Shown: one piece after another, positions 19,507 through 28,701 of the stretch
Layout: each line of letters begins with the position of its first letter
Numbering within the stretch: the stretch's first letter is position 1
Source: Dehalococcoidia bacterium
GTDB taxonomy: Bacteria; Chloroflexota; Dehalococcoidia; Plut-88900
Length of the DNA: 64,000 bases
Assembly: GCA_965197645.1 (NCBI GenBank)
Contig: OZ240219.1
Coordinates: 640,001 to 704,000, forward strand
Direction of reading: 5' to 3'
Notes under the pieces: generated by a model
What the model saw: only the letters and a program-made list of their open reading frames with translations
What the model was told of the DNA's origin: nothing
Databases searched by the model: none
Made by a program: the position numbers and the translations under genes

Positions 19507-20250
19507 ATGATATCCGACATACAGCGAAACCGATTGCTCAGCTACGCCAACGTCGTGGCGACGGTACTGGTGGTGCCGGCCATCGCCATCCTGCTTACCA
19601 CCACCAGCCTCCGGTTCACCATCAACCTGCCTCGCCTCTACGAGTACGGTTTCGAGGAGTACGACATCAGCCGGCGCACGGGCATCAAGGATGAGGAGCT
19701 GATCAGGATCGGTGGTGAGATCCGAGACTACTTCAACTCCGACGAGGAGCTCATCGATATCAGAGCCATCATATACGGAGAAGAGCAACCCCTGTTCACC
19801 CAGCGGGAGATCATCCATATGAAGGATGTGAAGGGGCTGGTGCAGGGGACGTACACGGTGCAGTGGATAACTTTCGGGTTCGTCGTGGCGTACGGTATGA
19901 CGTGCCTGGCCGTCCTGAGACTATCTGCGTCAGCGATGCTGGCCAAGCGGCTCCTCTGGGGCGGGGGGTTCACCCTGACGGCCATAGCGGTCCTTGGACT
20001 GGCCTCCCTCATCGGTTTCGACGCCGTGTTCCTCAAGTTTCACCAGATAGGCTTCTCCAACGATTTCTGGCAGCTGGACCCCCGGATTCACAACCTGATA
20101 GCGATGTTTCCCCAGGGCTTCTTCCTGGACGCTACGCTGTTCATCGCGTTCTTGACCATGGCCAAGGCCGCGCTGCTCATGGCCATAGGCGGCGGATATC
20201 TGCTCTGGCGCCGGAGAACGCTGTCCAACGAAAGGACGGGAGTCGGGTAA
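19507..20250 (+). CDS. TIGR01906/DUF1461 family integral membrane protein
   Basis: REIIHMKDVK, FLKFHQIGFSNDFW, LIAMFPQGFF; several TM segments. Confidence 0.85.
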   Translation: MISDIQRNRLLSYANVVATVLVVPAIAILLTTTSLRFTINLPRLYEYGFEEYDISRRTGIKDEELIRIGGEIRDYFNSDEELIDIRAIIYGEEQPLFTQREIIHMKDVKGLVQGTYTVQWITFGFVVAYGMTCLAVLRLSASAMLAKRLLWGGGFTLTAIAVLGLASLIGFDAVFLKFHQIGFSNDFWQLDPRIHNLIAMFPQGFFLDATLFIAFLTMAKAALLMAIGGGYLLWRRRTLSNERTGVG

Positions 20251-20321
20251 AACAGCCCGGTGTAACCCATGTCTTCGAACATGTGTAACCTATGTCCCCG
20301 GTCTGTACAGCAATGACGAAG

Positions 20322-20620
20322 CCGTCGTTGCGAGCGACGGAGGAGGTAGTCCTGAGGGGGGTCGAAGGGAGCGAAGCAATCTGGAGCGGTGGAGTATACA
20401 TCCCTGCCAGTCAACGGTCAGACCTGGCTAGATTGCCACGCCCCGACTTTGTCGGGTCTCGCAATGACGGAGGTGCGGATTCAGACGTTGCCCTCTCTTC
20501 TATCATGTTATGGGTGCAGGGCCCGCCCTGCCTTTAGCAGGGGGTTGGGAGACGTGCCCCCAAAGTATTCGAACCTCCCAGGGCGGGTGGGAGGGAAGAA
20601 CCACCTGGGGTGGGGAGCTT
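20322..20620 (+). repeat. mosaic intergenic repeat (family A inverted pair plus GC-rich modules)
   Basis: CGTCGTTGCGAGC...GAAGCAATCT faces AGATTGCCAC...CTCGCAATGACG; 20427-20565 closely matches the reverse complement of ~46605-46741. Confidence 0.8.
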
Positions 20621-20641
20621 GACGTCCCAATTGCTCCCGAC

Positions 20642-20677
20642 AAAAGAAGGCGGCCCGACAAGTCGGGCCGCCTCTTA
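20642..20677 (-). terminator. intrinsic terminator
   Basis: AGGCGGCCCGAC-TT-GTCGGGCCGCCT hairpin followed by TCTTTT on the minus strand, just downstream of the FmdB-type gene. Confidence 0.8.
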
Positions 20678-20699
20678 ACGTTTGCTTGTTAGCTAGACC

Positions 20700-20930
20700 T
20701 CAGCGACACCCACATCCAGTGGGACCACAACCCCCTCAGGTGGGGCCCGACGAGGGAGCGGGCATCGGGTCTCCGGCCCCAACCGTCGAGAAGGAGGCGA
20801 AGGTGGATACGGTCCTCGAAGCGCCGTTGTGGCACGATGGGCAGGAGACCGCTTGGTCAGACTTGCTCATCGGCATCAACAGCTCGAACTCGGACTCACA
20901 CGTGGTGCACTTGTACTCGTAAAGGGGCAT
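20700..20930 (-). CDS. FmdB-family zinc-ribbon protein, probable selenoprotein (in-frame TGA at 20738-20736)
   Basis: MPLYEYKCTTC...CPSC; read-through gives ...SGPT-U-GGCGPTGCGCR-stop; RBS AGGAGG; promoter TTGACA-N18-TAGGAT (20986-20957). Confidence 0.8.
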
Positions 20931-21085
20931 GGTTTTCCTCCTGCGTAGTCGGTGACATCCTAGTGGTGTTTCCCGCCCGATGTCAAGGCTTGGCCTGGAT
21001 ATGCAGTGTATTGTTGTCTTGCTCAGCCGGTTACCGGTGGGGTATCTTAGGAAACAGCCGCTACCCAATCAGGAGGAGTCCCGTC

Positions 21086-21538
21086 ATGCAGAAAAGCAAG
21101 ACCGAACCCTGGATGCCCGCCGACGAGTACGGTCGCTCGCTGCCGGTCTTTACCATCAATCTCCTGGTCACCGACGTCGCCCGGGAGGTGGAGTTCTACG
21201 AGGCGGTGCTGATGGCCAAGTGCCGCTATCAGGACGTCGACTTTGCGGCTGTGAACGTGCAAGGCATCGAGTTCATGCTCCACGCAGACCACACCTACGA
21301 CGTGCACCCCTGGCTGGAACCCTTCAAGGCCGGCGATCTCCGGGGCCTGGGCGCCGAGCTACGCATCCTGGGTATAGACCCCGACGAGGTGGAGAAGGCG
21401 GCGCGAGGGTTTGGTGCGGACATTATTCAGGAGGCCAGCGACAAGCCCCACGGCTGGCGGGAGGTCATGGTCGCCGACCCCGAGGGCTACGTCTGGGCGG
21501 TAGGGGTAAAGTTCTACGGGAACGGCGAGTCCGAGTAG
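21086..21538 (+). CDS. VOC/glyoxalase family protein
   Basis: NLLVTDV, MLHADHTY, KPHGWRE..DPEGYVW; RBS AGGAGG. Confidence 0.82.
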   Translation: MQKSKTEPWMPADEYGRSLPVFTINLLVTDVAREVEFYEAVLMAKCRYQDVDFAAVNVQGIEFMLHADHTYDVHPWLEPFKAGDLRGLGAELRILGIDPDEVEKAARGFGADIIQEASDKPHGWREVMVADPEGYVWAVGVKFYGNGESE

Positions 21539-21589
21539 CCCCGGCTCCCGCAGCAGGCTGATGGAATAACCCTGTCAGGGGTAAAAGAG

Positions 21590-22795
21590 CTAGCAGATAG
21601 CCGTATCGGGGCCTATGGCCTCCAGCCCGTCTTTGACGGACCTGAGAAACGCCGTCGCGTTGCTGCCGTCCAGGATTCGGTGGTCGAAGGAGAGGCACAC
21701 GTTCATCATCGAGCGTATCGCTATGGCGTCGTTCACCACCACGGGCCGCTTGACCACCGCCTCGGAGGTTATTATCCCGCACTGAGGCGGATTGATTATC
21801 GGGCCGCTGAGCACGGAGCCCAGCGCACCCGTGTTGTTCACGGTAAACGTCCCACCCTGAACGTCCTGCACGGCCAGCTTGTTTCCCCTGGCCTTCTCCG
21901 CCAGCTCCTGGACCTCTCTAGCGAGGGCAGCCACCGGCTTCCGGTCGGCTTCCTTGATCACCGGCACGATCAGCCCCTCTTCTCGCGCTACGGCAACACC
22001 GATGTTCAGCTCCTTTTTCAGGGCGATCTTGCCCTCTGTCCAGGTGGAATTGACCAGGGGATGCTCTTTCAGGGCGTTCACCACAGACTGGATGAAGAAG
22101 GGCAGGTACGTAAGGTTGACGCCCTGCTGTCGGTGAAACTCCTCCTTGGCGCCTTTCACCAGCGCCACCAGCCCCGTAACGTCGGCCTCCATCATCGTCC
22201 AGGCGTGGGGTATCTCCCGAACGCTCTGCTCCATCCGCTGCGCAATGGCCCGCCGTACCGGGCTATCGATGATTTCATCACCCTCGGGCGCCTCCGACTG
22301 AGCATGGACAGCGGCTTCCCGTTGCTCGACGTGCTGAAGGACGTCGGCCTTGGTGATTCTACCTGCGGCGCCCGTGCCCTGGACGGCATCCAGATCGACG
22401 TTGTGGTCACTGGCAAGCTTCAACACCAGTGGGGAGTATCGCTTGTCCCGCCGGCCCGATGCTCCGTCCCTGCGGCTAACGGGCGCCGGTTCCGCCCGTG
22501 TGGGGACGGTTTCGGCCTCCGCCGGCCTTGCTTCCTCTACCTCGACAGGGAGACCACCTTCGGACTCCATCAGAGCCAGAGGTGTACCGACGGGCACGGT
22601 CTCTCCCTCGGCGACGAGGATTTCGGTGAGAACGCCGGTGGCCGGAGAGGGCAGCTCCACGTTCACCTTGTCGGTGACTACCTCCACCAGCGACTCGTAC
22701 AGCTCAACGCTATCGCCGGGCCTTTTCAACCACCGGGAGATGGTGCCCTCGACGACGGTCTCGGCAACCTCGGGCATGGTCAGGGTAACGGTCAT
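21590..22795 (-). CDS. 2-oxoacid dehydrogenase E2 (dihydrolipoamide acyltransferase), branched-chain type
   Basis: Lipoyl motif EVVTDKVNVELPSP, E3-binding YSPLV..GTGAAGRIT, catalytic FDHRILDG. Confidence 0.93.
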   Translation of the reverse strand: MTVTLTMPEVAETVVEGTISRWLKRPGDSVELYESLVEVVTDKVNVELPSPATGVLTEILVAEGETVPVGTPLALMESEGGLPVEVEEARPAEAETVPTRAEPAPVSRRDGASGRRDKRYSPLVLKLASDHNVDLDAVQGTGAAGRITKADVLQHVEQREAAVHAQSEAPEGDEIIDSPVRRAIAQRMEQSVREIPHAWTMMEADVTGLVALVKGAKEEFHRQQGVNLTYLPFFIQSVVNALKEHPLVNSTWTEGKIALKKELNIGVAVAREEGLIVPVIKEADRKPVAALAREVQELAEKARGNKLAVQDVQGGTFTVNNTGALGSVLSGPIINPPQCGIITSEAVVKRPVVVNDAIAIRSMMNVCLSFDHRILDGSNATAFLRSVKDGLEAIGPDTAIC

Positions 22796-22804
22796 ATCGA
22801 TTCC

Positions 22805-23788
22805 CTAGTAGCTGGCCAGCTCCCGAAGAGCGTTGGCGATCTTCTCGGGGCTTGGCAGGCAGTGGAACTCCATGTTGGGGTGGAAGGGCATCGAGGGCAC
22901 GTCGGGAGCGGCCACCCTCATCACCGGCCCGTCGAGGTACTCGAAGGCCTCGGAGGCCAGGATGGCGGCAAGCTCGGCCCCGTAGCCGAGGGTCAGATTG
23001 TCCTCGTACACCACCAGGGCCTTGTTGGTCTTGCGCACCGATTCCAACACGGCCTCCTTGTCGAGGGGAAGCAGCGTCCGCAGATCCACCACCTCGACGC
23101 TGATCGATTCCTCCTCGACCGTAGCGGCGGCTTCCATAACGTGATGGACCATCAGACCATAGGTCAGGACGGTGATATCGGAGCCTTCCCGCACCGTGTT
23201 GGCGGTACCCAGGGGTACGTCATAGTCCTCCTCTGGCACCTCACCCTTGATCGAACGGTAGGTTTTCTTGTGCTCCAGGAAGATCACCGGGTCATGGTCT
23301 CGAATGCTGGACTTGATAAGGCCCTTGGCGTCGTATGGACTGGAGGGGGCCACCACCTTCAGACCTGGAATATGAGCAAACTGTACCTCCACGCTCTGGG
23401 AGTGGTACAGACCTCCATGTATGCCGGCGCCGTACGGGGCCCTGACCACCAGGGGGCAACCGTAAGCCCCGGCGGAGCGATAGCGCATCTTGGCCGCTTC
23501 GTTGACGATCTGGTCGTAGGCGGGGAATATGTAATCGGCAAATTGTACCTCAGCGATGGGACGCAACCCGTTTACCGCCATTCCTATGGCGATACCCACA
23601 ATGCCGATTTCGGCCAGTGGGGTATCGATGACTCGTTCGTCACCAAACCGGCTGTGAAGGCCTTCGGTGGTGCGAAACACTCCTCCCAGCCCTCCCACGT
23701 CCTCACCGAGGAGAACGACGCTGTCGTCCCGCTCCATCTCCTCGGCCATCCCCTCGCGAATCGCCTCCAGCACCGTCCTTTCAGGCAT
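22805..23788 (-). CDS. 2-oxoacid dehydrogenase E1 beta subunit
   Basis: LGEDVG, DTPLAE, EVQFADY, GLYHSQS, FLEHK, VVDLRTLLPLD. Confidence 0.94.
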   Translation of the reverse strand: MPERTVLEAIREGMAEEMERDDSVVLLGEDVGGLGGVFRTTEGLHSRFGDERVIDTPLAEIGIVGIAIGMAVNGLRPIAEVQFADYIFPAYDQIVNEAAKMRYRSAGAYGCPLVVRAPYGAGIHGGLYHSQSVEVQFAHIPGLKVVAPSSPYDAKGLIKSSIRDHDPVIFLEHKKTYRSIKGEVPEEDYDVPLGTANTVREGSDITVLTYGLMVHHVMEAAATVEEESISVEVVDLRTLLPLDKEAVLESVRKTNKALVVYEDNLTLGYGAELAAILASEAFEYLDGPVMRVAAPDVPSMPFHPNMEFHCLPSPEKIANALRELASY

Positions 23789-24815
23789 GTTCTTCTCCCT
23801 GATCGGCGTATACGCCCGTCAGAGCGTCCTCCGGCCTGGGGTCCTCGCTGGCCTCCGCTTCGACCACCGCCTCAGTGACCACCTGGTCCACCTCCGATTG
23901 AATGTCCGAGTCCTGGTTCTCGGAGATGATGGAAGCGTCCAGCAGGAAGTCCCGAAACCGGGGAATGGGATCGGCGGATCTCTCCCTATCCAGCTCCTCG
24001 GGCTGGCGGTACTGGGCCTGGTCATCGTTGCTGCTGTGAGAGGTCAGCCGGAAGACCTTCGCCTCTATCAGGGTAGGCCCCAGGCCGTCCCTTGCCCTCT
24101 TGGCCGCGTTCCGGGTAGCTTGGTAGACCGCGAGAGGGTCGTTCCCGTCGACACTCACGCCGGGGAGGCCGTATCCTTCGGCCCGGGCGGAGATGTCCTC
24201 TACGGCCATCTGCTTGGCCTGGGGGACCGAGATGGACCACCCGTTGTTCTCGCAGAGGAAGATGACGGGCAGGCTATGAATCCCGGCAAAGTTCAGCGCC
24301 TCGTGGAAGTCCCCCTTGCTGGTGGCGCCGTCGCCAAAGTAGGTGATAGTAACGGCCTCTTCCCTTCGGAACTTGGAGGCGTAAGCAGCTCCCACGGCGT
24401 GGAGGACCTGGGTGCCCACGGAGCTGGAGCCGGATATTATGTTCAGGTCCTTCCGGCTGGGGTGGCCCGGCAGCTGGCGTCCGCCGCTGTAGGGGTCGGC
24501 CCGCTTGCCTAGGCCGTGGAGGAACACGTCCAAGGGGGTAGAGCCCGCGGCCAAGGCCACTCCCAGGTCTCGGTAGTAGGGGACGAAGATATCCTCGCCT
24601 CGCCGCAGAGCATGTACGCTCCCGACTTGGGCAGCCTCATGACCATCGCAGGGAACGAGGAAGTATATCTTGCCCTGCCGGCCCAATAGCCACAGCCGTT
24701 TGGAGACAGCGCGGGCGGTGAGCATGTCCCGATACATATCCACCACCTGGGACCTGCTCAGCCCCAGCTCTTTGAGTGGGGCCGCTACACCCTCCGTGTC
24801 ACTCTTCAGGGTCAT
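23781..24815 (-). CDS. 2-oxoacid dehydrogenase E1 alpha subunit (branched-chain type)
   Basis: GHEA, PYYRD, GRQLPGH, TPP motif GDGATSKGDFHE..NN, SHSSNDD. Confidence 0.94.
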   Translation of the reverse strand: MTLKSDTEGVAAPLKELGLSRSQVVDMYRDMLTARAVSKRLWLLGRQGKIYFLVPCDGHEAAQVGSVHALRRGEDIFVPYYRDLGVALAAGSTPLDVFLHGLGKRADPYSGGRQLPGHPSRKDLNIISGSSSVGTQVLHAVGAAYASKFRREEAVTITYFGDGATSKGDFHEALNFAGIHSLPVIFLCENNGWSISVPQAKQMAVEDISARAEGYGLPGVSVDGNDPLAVYQATRNAAKRARDGLGPTLIEAKVFRLTSHSSNDDQAQYRQPEELDRERSADPIPRFRDFLLDASIISENQDSDIQSEVDQVVTEAVVEAEASEDPRPEDALTGVYADQGEEHA

Positions 24816-25011
24816 ACGTCGTTTCCCTCATCGCCGGAGACTCGAATTTCGATATGTGATGAAGTATTCACGGCTCACCCGAGTGTGTCCGTCAAGTCCA
24901 AGTTATCATCCGTCCCAGGGCCAGTCAACATTGAACAAACCGGCACAACCGGTCACATTGCAAGGCTAATCCAAATGATATATCCTCTGTCATGCTGTCA
25001 CGGAGGAAGCA

Positions 25012-26055
25012 ATGAAAGCCATAATGTTCGAAGAGCATGGAGGGGTCGAGAAGCTCCAGTACAAGGACGTAGACGACCCGAAAGTCGGGCCCAACGACGT
25101 CTTGTTCAAGGTCAAGGCCGCAGGCTGCAACTACAACGATATATGGGCCCGGAGGGGTCTGCCCGGTGTCGAGATCATCCTACCCCACATCTCGGGAAGC
25201 GATGCTTCAGGGGTGGTGGAGGAGGTGGGCAGCGAGGTCACCGGCTTCAAGGCCGGTGACGAAGTCTTGGTCCACCCGGGTATAAGCTGCCGCACATGCG
25301 AGTCCTGTACCAGCGGACAGGAGTTCTTCTGCCGCGGTTACCGGATTTGGGGATTCCAGACCGGTCCCCTGGACGGCGCCAACGCCGAGTACGCCCGCAT
25401 GCCGGAAGCCAACCTGATGCGCAAACCGGGCAACCTCAGCTACGAGGAGGCGGCGTCCCTTCCACTGATCCTCGTCACAGTGTGGCGGATGCTGGTCACC
25501 CGTGCCCGTATCCAGGCCGGGGATCTGGTATTGGTGTGGGGCGGAGCAGGGGGGTTGGGATCGATGGCGATACAGGTGTGCAACCTCTACGGCGCCAAGG
25601 CCATCGCCGTGGTGAGCTCTGATGAGAAGGCCAAGTACGCCGAGAGCCTGGGAGCGTTCAAGGCCGTCAACCGCAAGACCCAGGACCTTCGGGAGGAGAT
25701 CCGGAGCATCAGTCGCGTCGGAGTCGACATAGTCTTCGAGCACACGGGCGCCGAGACCTGGAAGCAGAGCGTCGCCAACCTGAAATGGGGCGGATCGCTG
25801 GTGACCTGCGGCGCCACGAGCGGGTTCATCGGAGAAACGGACATCCGGTTCCTGTGGAACAAGCAGATGAACTTCTACGGCTCCCACATGGGAAGCAAGG
25901 GGGAGCTCCTACAGGCCCTGAAGTTCGTGCAGAGCGGCCAGATCAAGCCCCTGGTCTCCAAGACCTTCGCTCTCAAAGACGCCGCCAAGGCCCAGGCCCA
26001 CATGGAGGGCGGCGACGTGATGGGCAAGATGATTCTACTTCCGGAGGCGGCGTAA
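25012..26055 (+). CDS. MDR-family enoyl-CoA reductase-like oxidoreductase
   Basis: AAGCNYNDIW, HISGSD, structural-Zn CRTCESC..C, IWGFQTG, GGAGGLG, GSHMG. Confidence 0.85.
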   Translation: MKAIMFEEHGGVEKLQYKDVDDPKVGPNDVLFKVKAAGCNYNDIWARRGLPGVEIILPHISGSDASGVVEEVGSEVTGFKAGDEVLVHPGISCRTCESCTSGQEFFCRGYRIWGFQTGPLDGANAEYARMPEANLMRKPGNLSYEEAASLPLILVTVWRMLVTRARIQAGDLVLVWGGAGGLGSMAIQVCNLYGAKAIAVVSSDEKAKYAESLGAFKAVNRKTQDLREEIRSISRVGVDIVFEHTGAETWKQSVANLKWGGSLVTCGATSGFIGETDIRFLWNKQMNFYGSHMGSKGELLQALKFVQSGQIKPLVSKTFALKDAAKAQAHMEGGDVMGKMILLPEAA

Positions 26056-26104
26056 CCGCCCCAGGGAACCGGAGGACGGAAATTGGCTGCCCGGAGGACC
26101 GAAA

Positions 26105-26986
26105 TTGGCTGCGTTGTTACGTAGCTCCCTGTTCGTGCCCGCCATCCGCGAGCGGTTCATCGAAAAGGCGCCCGAGTCCGGCGCCGATCTCTTGGTGCTG
26201 GACCTGGAAGACTCTGTGGCCGCGGCGGAGAAGCCCAAGGGCCGGGAGATGGCCCGGGAGGCCGTAGCCTCCATGCCGCGTACCGGCTACGTGATGTGCG
26301 TGCGGGTCAACTCCCTTCAATCGGGCCTCATAGAGGAAGACCTTTCCGCCGTCGTGTGCCCGGAGTTGGATGCCATAAGCCTGCCCAAAGCCGATAGGCC
26401 CGAAATCATAGAGACGGTGGACCGATACCTCACGCTTCTGGAGAAGACCAGGGGCGTTCCCGAAGGCCAGATAGGCATCATCCCCTGGATCGAGACTGCC
26501 CTCGGCATCGTCAACGCTCACCGGATCTGTGCCGCATCGACGAGGCTCATCGGCGCTGCGGTGGGAGGGGAAGACCTGACGGCGGACATGGGAATGGAAC
26601 GGACCAAGGGCGGCAAGGAGATCGAGTACGCCCGGTACACCGTAGCCACCGCCGCTACCGCTGCCGGCATACTTCCCCTCGACGGTGTGTTCGTGGACTT
26701 CCGAGACCCGGACAACTTTCGGAAAGACTGCTTGTTCTCCCGCAGCATCGGGTTCAAGGGCAGGTTCTGCATTCACCCCTCCCAGGTGGAGATGGTCAAC
26801 CAGATGTACCAGCCCTCGGAAGAGGAGATAGAGGAGGCCCGCAAGGTCGTGGCCGTCTACGAGGAGGGTATCGCTCAGGGCCTGGGGGCCGTCAGCCTGG
26901 ATGGCGCCATGGTGGACAAGCCTGTCTACGATCGTGCTCTGGTACTGCTGGAGCGGGTGGAGGCCCTCAAGGAAAGGACGGGATAG
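26105..26986 (+). CDS. CitE/HpcH-family CoA-ester lyase (citryl-/malyl-CoA lyase-like)
   Basis: RSSLFVP, LDLEDSV, VRVN, IET, GGEDL, CIHPSQ, GAMVDKP. Confidence 0.9.
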   Translation: MAALLRSSLFVPAIRERFIEKAPESGADLLVLDLEDSVAAAEKPKGREMAREAVASMPRTGYVMCVRVNSLQSGLIEEDLSAVVCPELDAISLPKADRPEIIETVDRYLTLLEKTRGVPEGQIGIIPWIETALGIVNAHRICAASTRLIGAAVGGEDLTADMGMERTKGGKEIEYARYTVATAATAAGILPLDGVFVDFRDPDNFRKDCLFSRSIGFKGRFCIHPSQVEMVNQMYQPSEEEIEEARKVVAVYEEGIAQGLGAVSLDGAMVDKPVYDRALVLLERVEALKERTG

Positions 26987-27041
26987 CCCGGCTTTGGTAG
27001 AATAGCTTTATAGATAGGCTTGGGTATCCTGGAGGACGTTC

Positions 27042-27638
27042 ATGGACGAGATTCCCAGCGCCCTGGATCGGGCTCTGGAACGGGTAGAAAAGCTGGGCAA
27101 GGCCTCATCCGAGGAGTTGCAGCGGGCCAACCGTGTCGAGGATGGCCAGCGGCTGGGCGCCAGGTATGTAAAGGGCGAAGTAAGCCTGCTTACCGAGCTC
27201 AACCTGATTGAGGACGAGCAGACCCGCAAATGGGTTGGCGAGGGTGCCCAGGAGGTGATGATCCGCAACATCGATCTACCCTCCAGCGATTCCGCAAAAA
27301 AGCAGAACAAGGCGTCCATGGAGGGCATCAAGCTGGTCAAGACGGACAAGGCGCGGACGGAGAACGTGTTCAGCAAGATGCGCCAGGTCTTCGACCACTA
27401 TAATGAGATGGGGGAACATCAGCGAAAGCAGGCCTACGAGGACCTGAAGGCCAACATCACGGCCAAGCTCCGCCAGGCGATGCAGCAGCAGAGCGGCGGG
27501 ATGCCCCCCTTGGATCTAGGCAACATCGAGACCAACCCCCAGTTTCAAATGGAGTGGCGTCGGGTCCAGGGCCAGCTGGACTCCCAGTACCTCGTCCTGC
27601 TCAAAGAGTACAAGGAGCAGCTGGCCGCGATCCCCTAG
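27042..27638 (+). CDS. conserved hypothetical helical protein
   Basis: 198-aa ORF with RBS GGAGG; EIPSALDRALER N-terminus; coding-like codon usage. Confidence 0.75.
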   Translation: MDEIPSALDRALERVEKLGKASSEELQRANRVEDGQRLGARYVKGEVSLLTELNLIEDEQTRKWVGEGAQEVMIRNIDLPSSDSAKKQNKASMEGIKLVKTDKARTENVFSKMRQVFDHYNEMGEHQRKQAYEDLKANITAKLRQAMQQQSGGMPPLDLGNIETNPQFQMEWRRVQGQLDSQYLVLLKEYKEQLAAIP

Positions 27639-27646
27639 GTAACCCC

Positions 27647-28336
27647 ATGGACTCCTACGACGACCGTCTCCACCACGCCGTTGTCAACACCGAGATCCTC
27701 AGAACGCCTCGGCAGATGCTGTCCACCTTCGGTACCACCAACGTCCGATACTTCCTGCTCACGACCCCGGCTTACGACGATGTCATCAAAGGGCCCGAGG
27801 AGACGGTGATCCGCGAGGGCCGGGTGATCTCGGAGAAGCCCAAAGTCGTCACCCCCAGCTACATGATGCGACTGGATGGGTTTGGGGATAACGCCCGCAA
27901 GTACTTCGAGCAGCTTATAACCGACTACGGCTACGATGCCCCGGGCATCCTGTACCACTACCGCAACGAGCCCAAGGGCCTGAACATCGTGTCGGGCAAT
28001 ATCATGGCCGCTCTGGAGCGGATCGAAAAGGAGACGGGAAGCGATCCGCTGGCGGCGATAATTCGGGGTGTCGACGAGATGTGGGACGTCTCCCTTCTCA
28101 AGTTCATCCAGGAGTACACCGCTCAGTCCGTCGAGAGCAACGTGATGGAGCTGGGAGGGCGGGGACTGATCAGCCCAGACACCTCAGGGGTCCCCGGCGA
28201 CGCCCGCCGTCGCATTGAGGAGATGTTCCGAGACGTGAGGATGAACCGGGAGGACCCGGCTGCACTGAAGAAGGAGCTGGACCGCTGGGACCTCTTCAGC
28301 GAGTACGAGGACCGGTTCCTCAAGCTGTTTCGCTAG
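27647..28336 (+). CDS. conserved hypothetical protein
   Basis: 229 aa starting 8 nt after the previous stop; STFGTT, ETVIREGRV, W.LF.EYEDRF motifs. Confidence 0.75.
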   Translation: MDSYDDRLHHAVVNTEILRTPRQMLSTFGTTNVRYFLLTTPAYDDVIKGPEETVIREGRVISEKPKVVTPSYMMRLDGFGDNARKYFEQLITDYGYDAPGILYHYRNEPKGLNIVSGNIMAALERIEKETGSDPLAAIIRGVDEMWDVSLLKFIQEYTAQSVESNVMELGGRGLISPDTSGVPGDARRRIEEMFRDVRMNREDPAALKKELDRWDLFSEYEDRFLKLFR

Positions 28337-28649
28337 CGCCCGCTTCCTCGGCACATCTCTCGCACCCGCAAAGAGACCTCAGCAGGGTAAACGAGTATAT
28401 TCCCGTCTCGTGGGCATCGCTCCACAGGATCTGCACCGCGTACCTGCCGATCTCTATGAAGTCAAGGGCCTGGATATCGTCGGGGATGGTAGCAATCTCC
28501 AGGATCTTCCTGCCGCTCCATTCGTCGACGCAATGGGCACACTTGCACTCATTCCTCAACATCTTGTGGGGGTAAACGCTGCGGTGTTCCGCGTCCCACT
28601 CCACGGTCAACCCTTCGGGGGTAATCTCGATCGATTCCGGTTCTTTCAT
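28320..28649 (-). CDS. DUF971 (GBBH-like N-terminal Zn domain) protein
   Basis: LRNECKCAHC, IGRYAVQILWSDAHETGIYSF..LR. Confidence 0.85.
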   Translation of the reverse strand: MKEPESIEITPEGLTVEWDAEHRSVYPHKMLRNECKCAHCVDEWSGRKILEIATIPDDIQALDFIEIGRYAVQILWSDAHETGIYSFTLLRSLCGCERCAEEAGASETA

Positions 28650-28701
28650 GATGGGTACATCTCTGATTCTAGCAGATTCGACAACCGGCTCCGTCCCTCG
28701 C

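Noticed and set aside
20292-20692. Small ORFs in repeat regions (20389-20622, 46384-46737, 51190-51432)
   Set aside because: Their shared peptide text comes from the DNA repeats; no RBS or coding bias.
11937-26986. Autotrophic 3HP/4HB or 3HP bicycle inferred from the AbfD-like, enoyl-CoA reductase-like and CitE genes
   Set aside because: The genes are scattered, the AbfD-like protein lacks most Fe-S ligands, and no carboxylase or malonyl-CoA reductase is present in the window.
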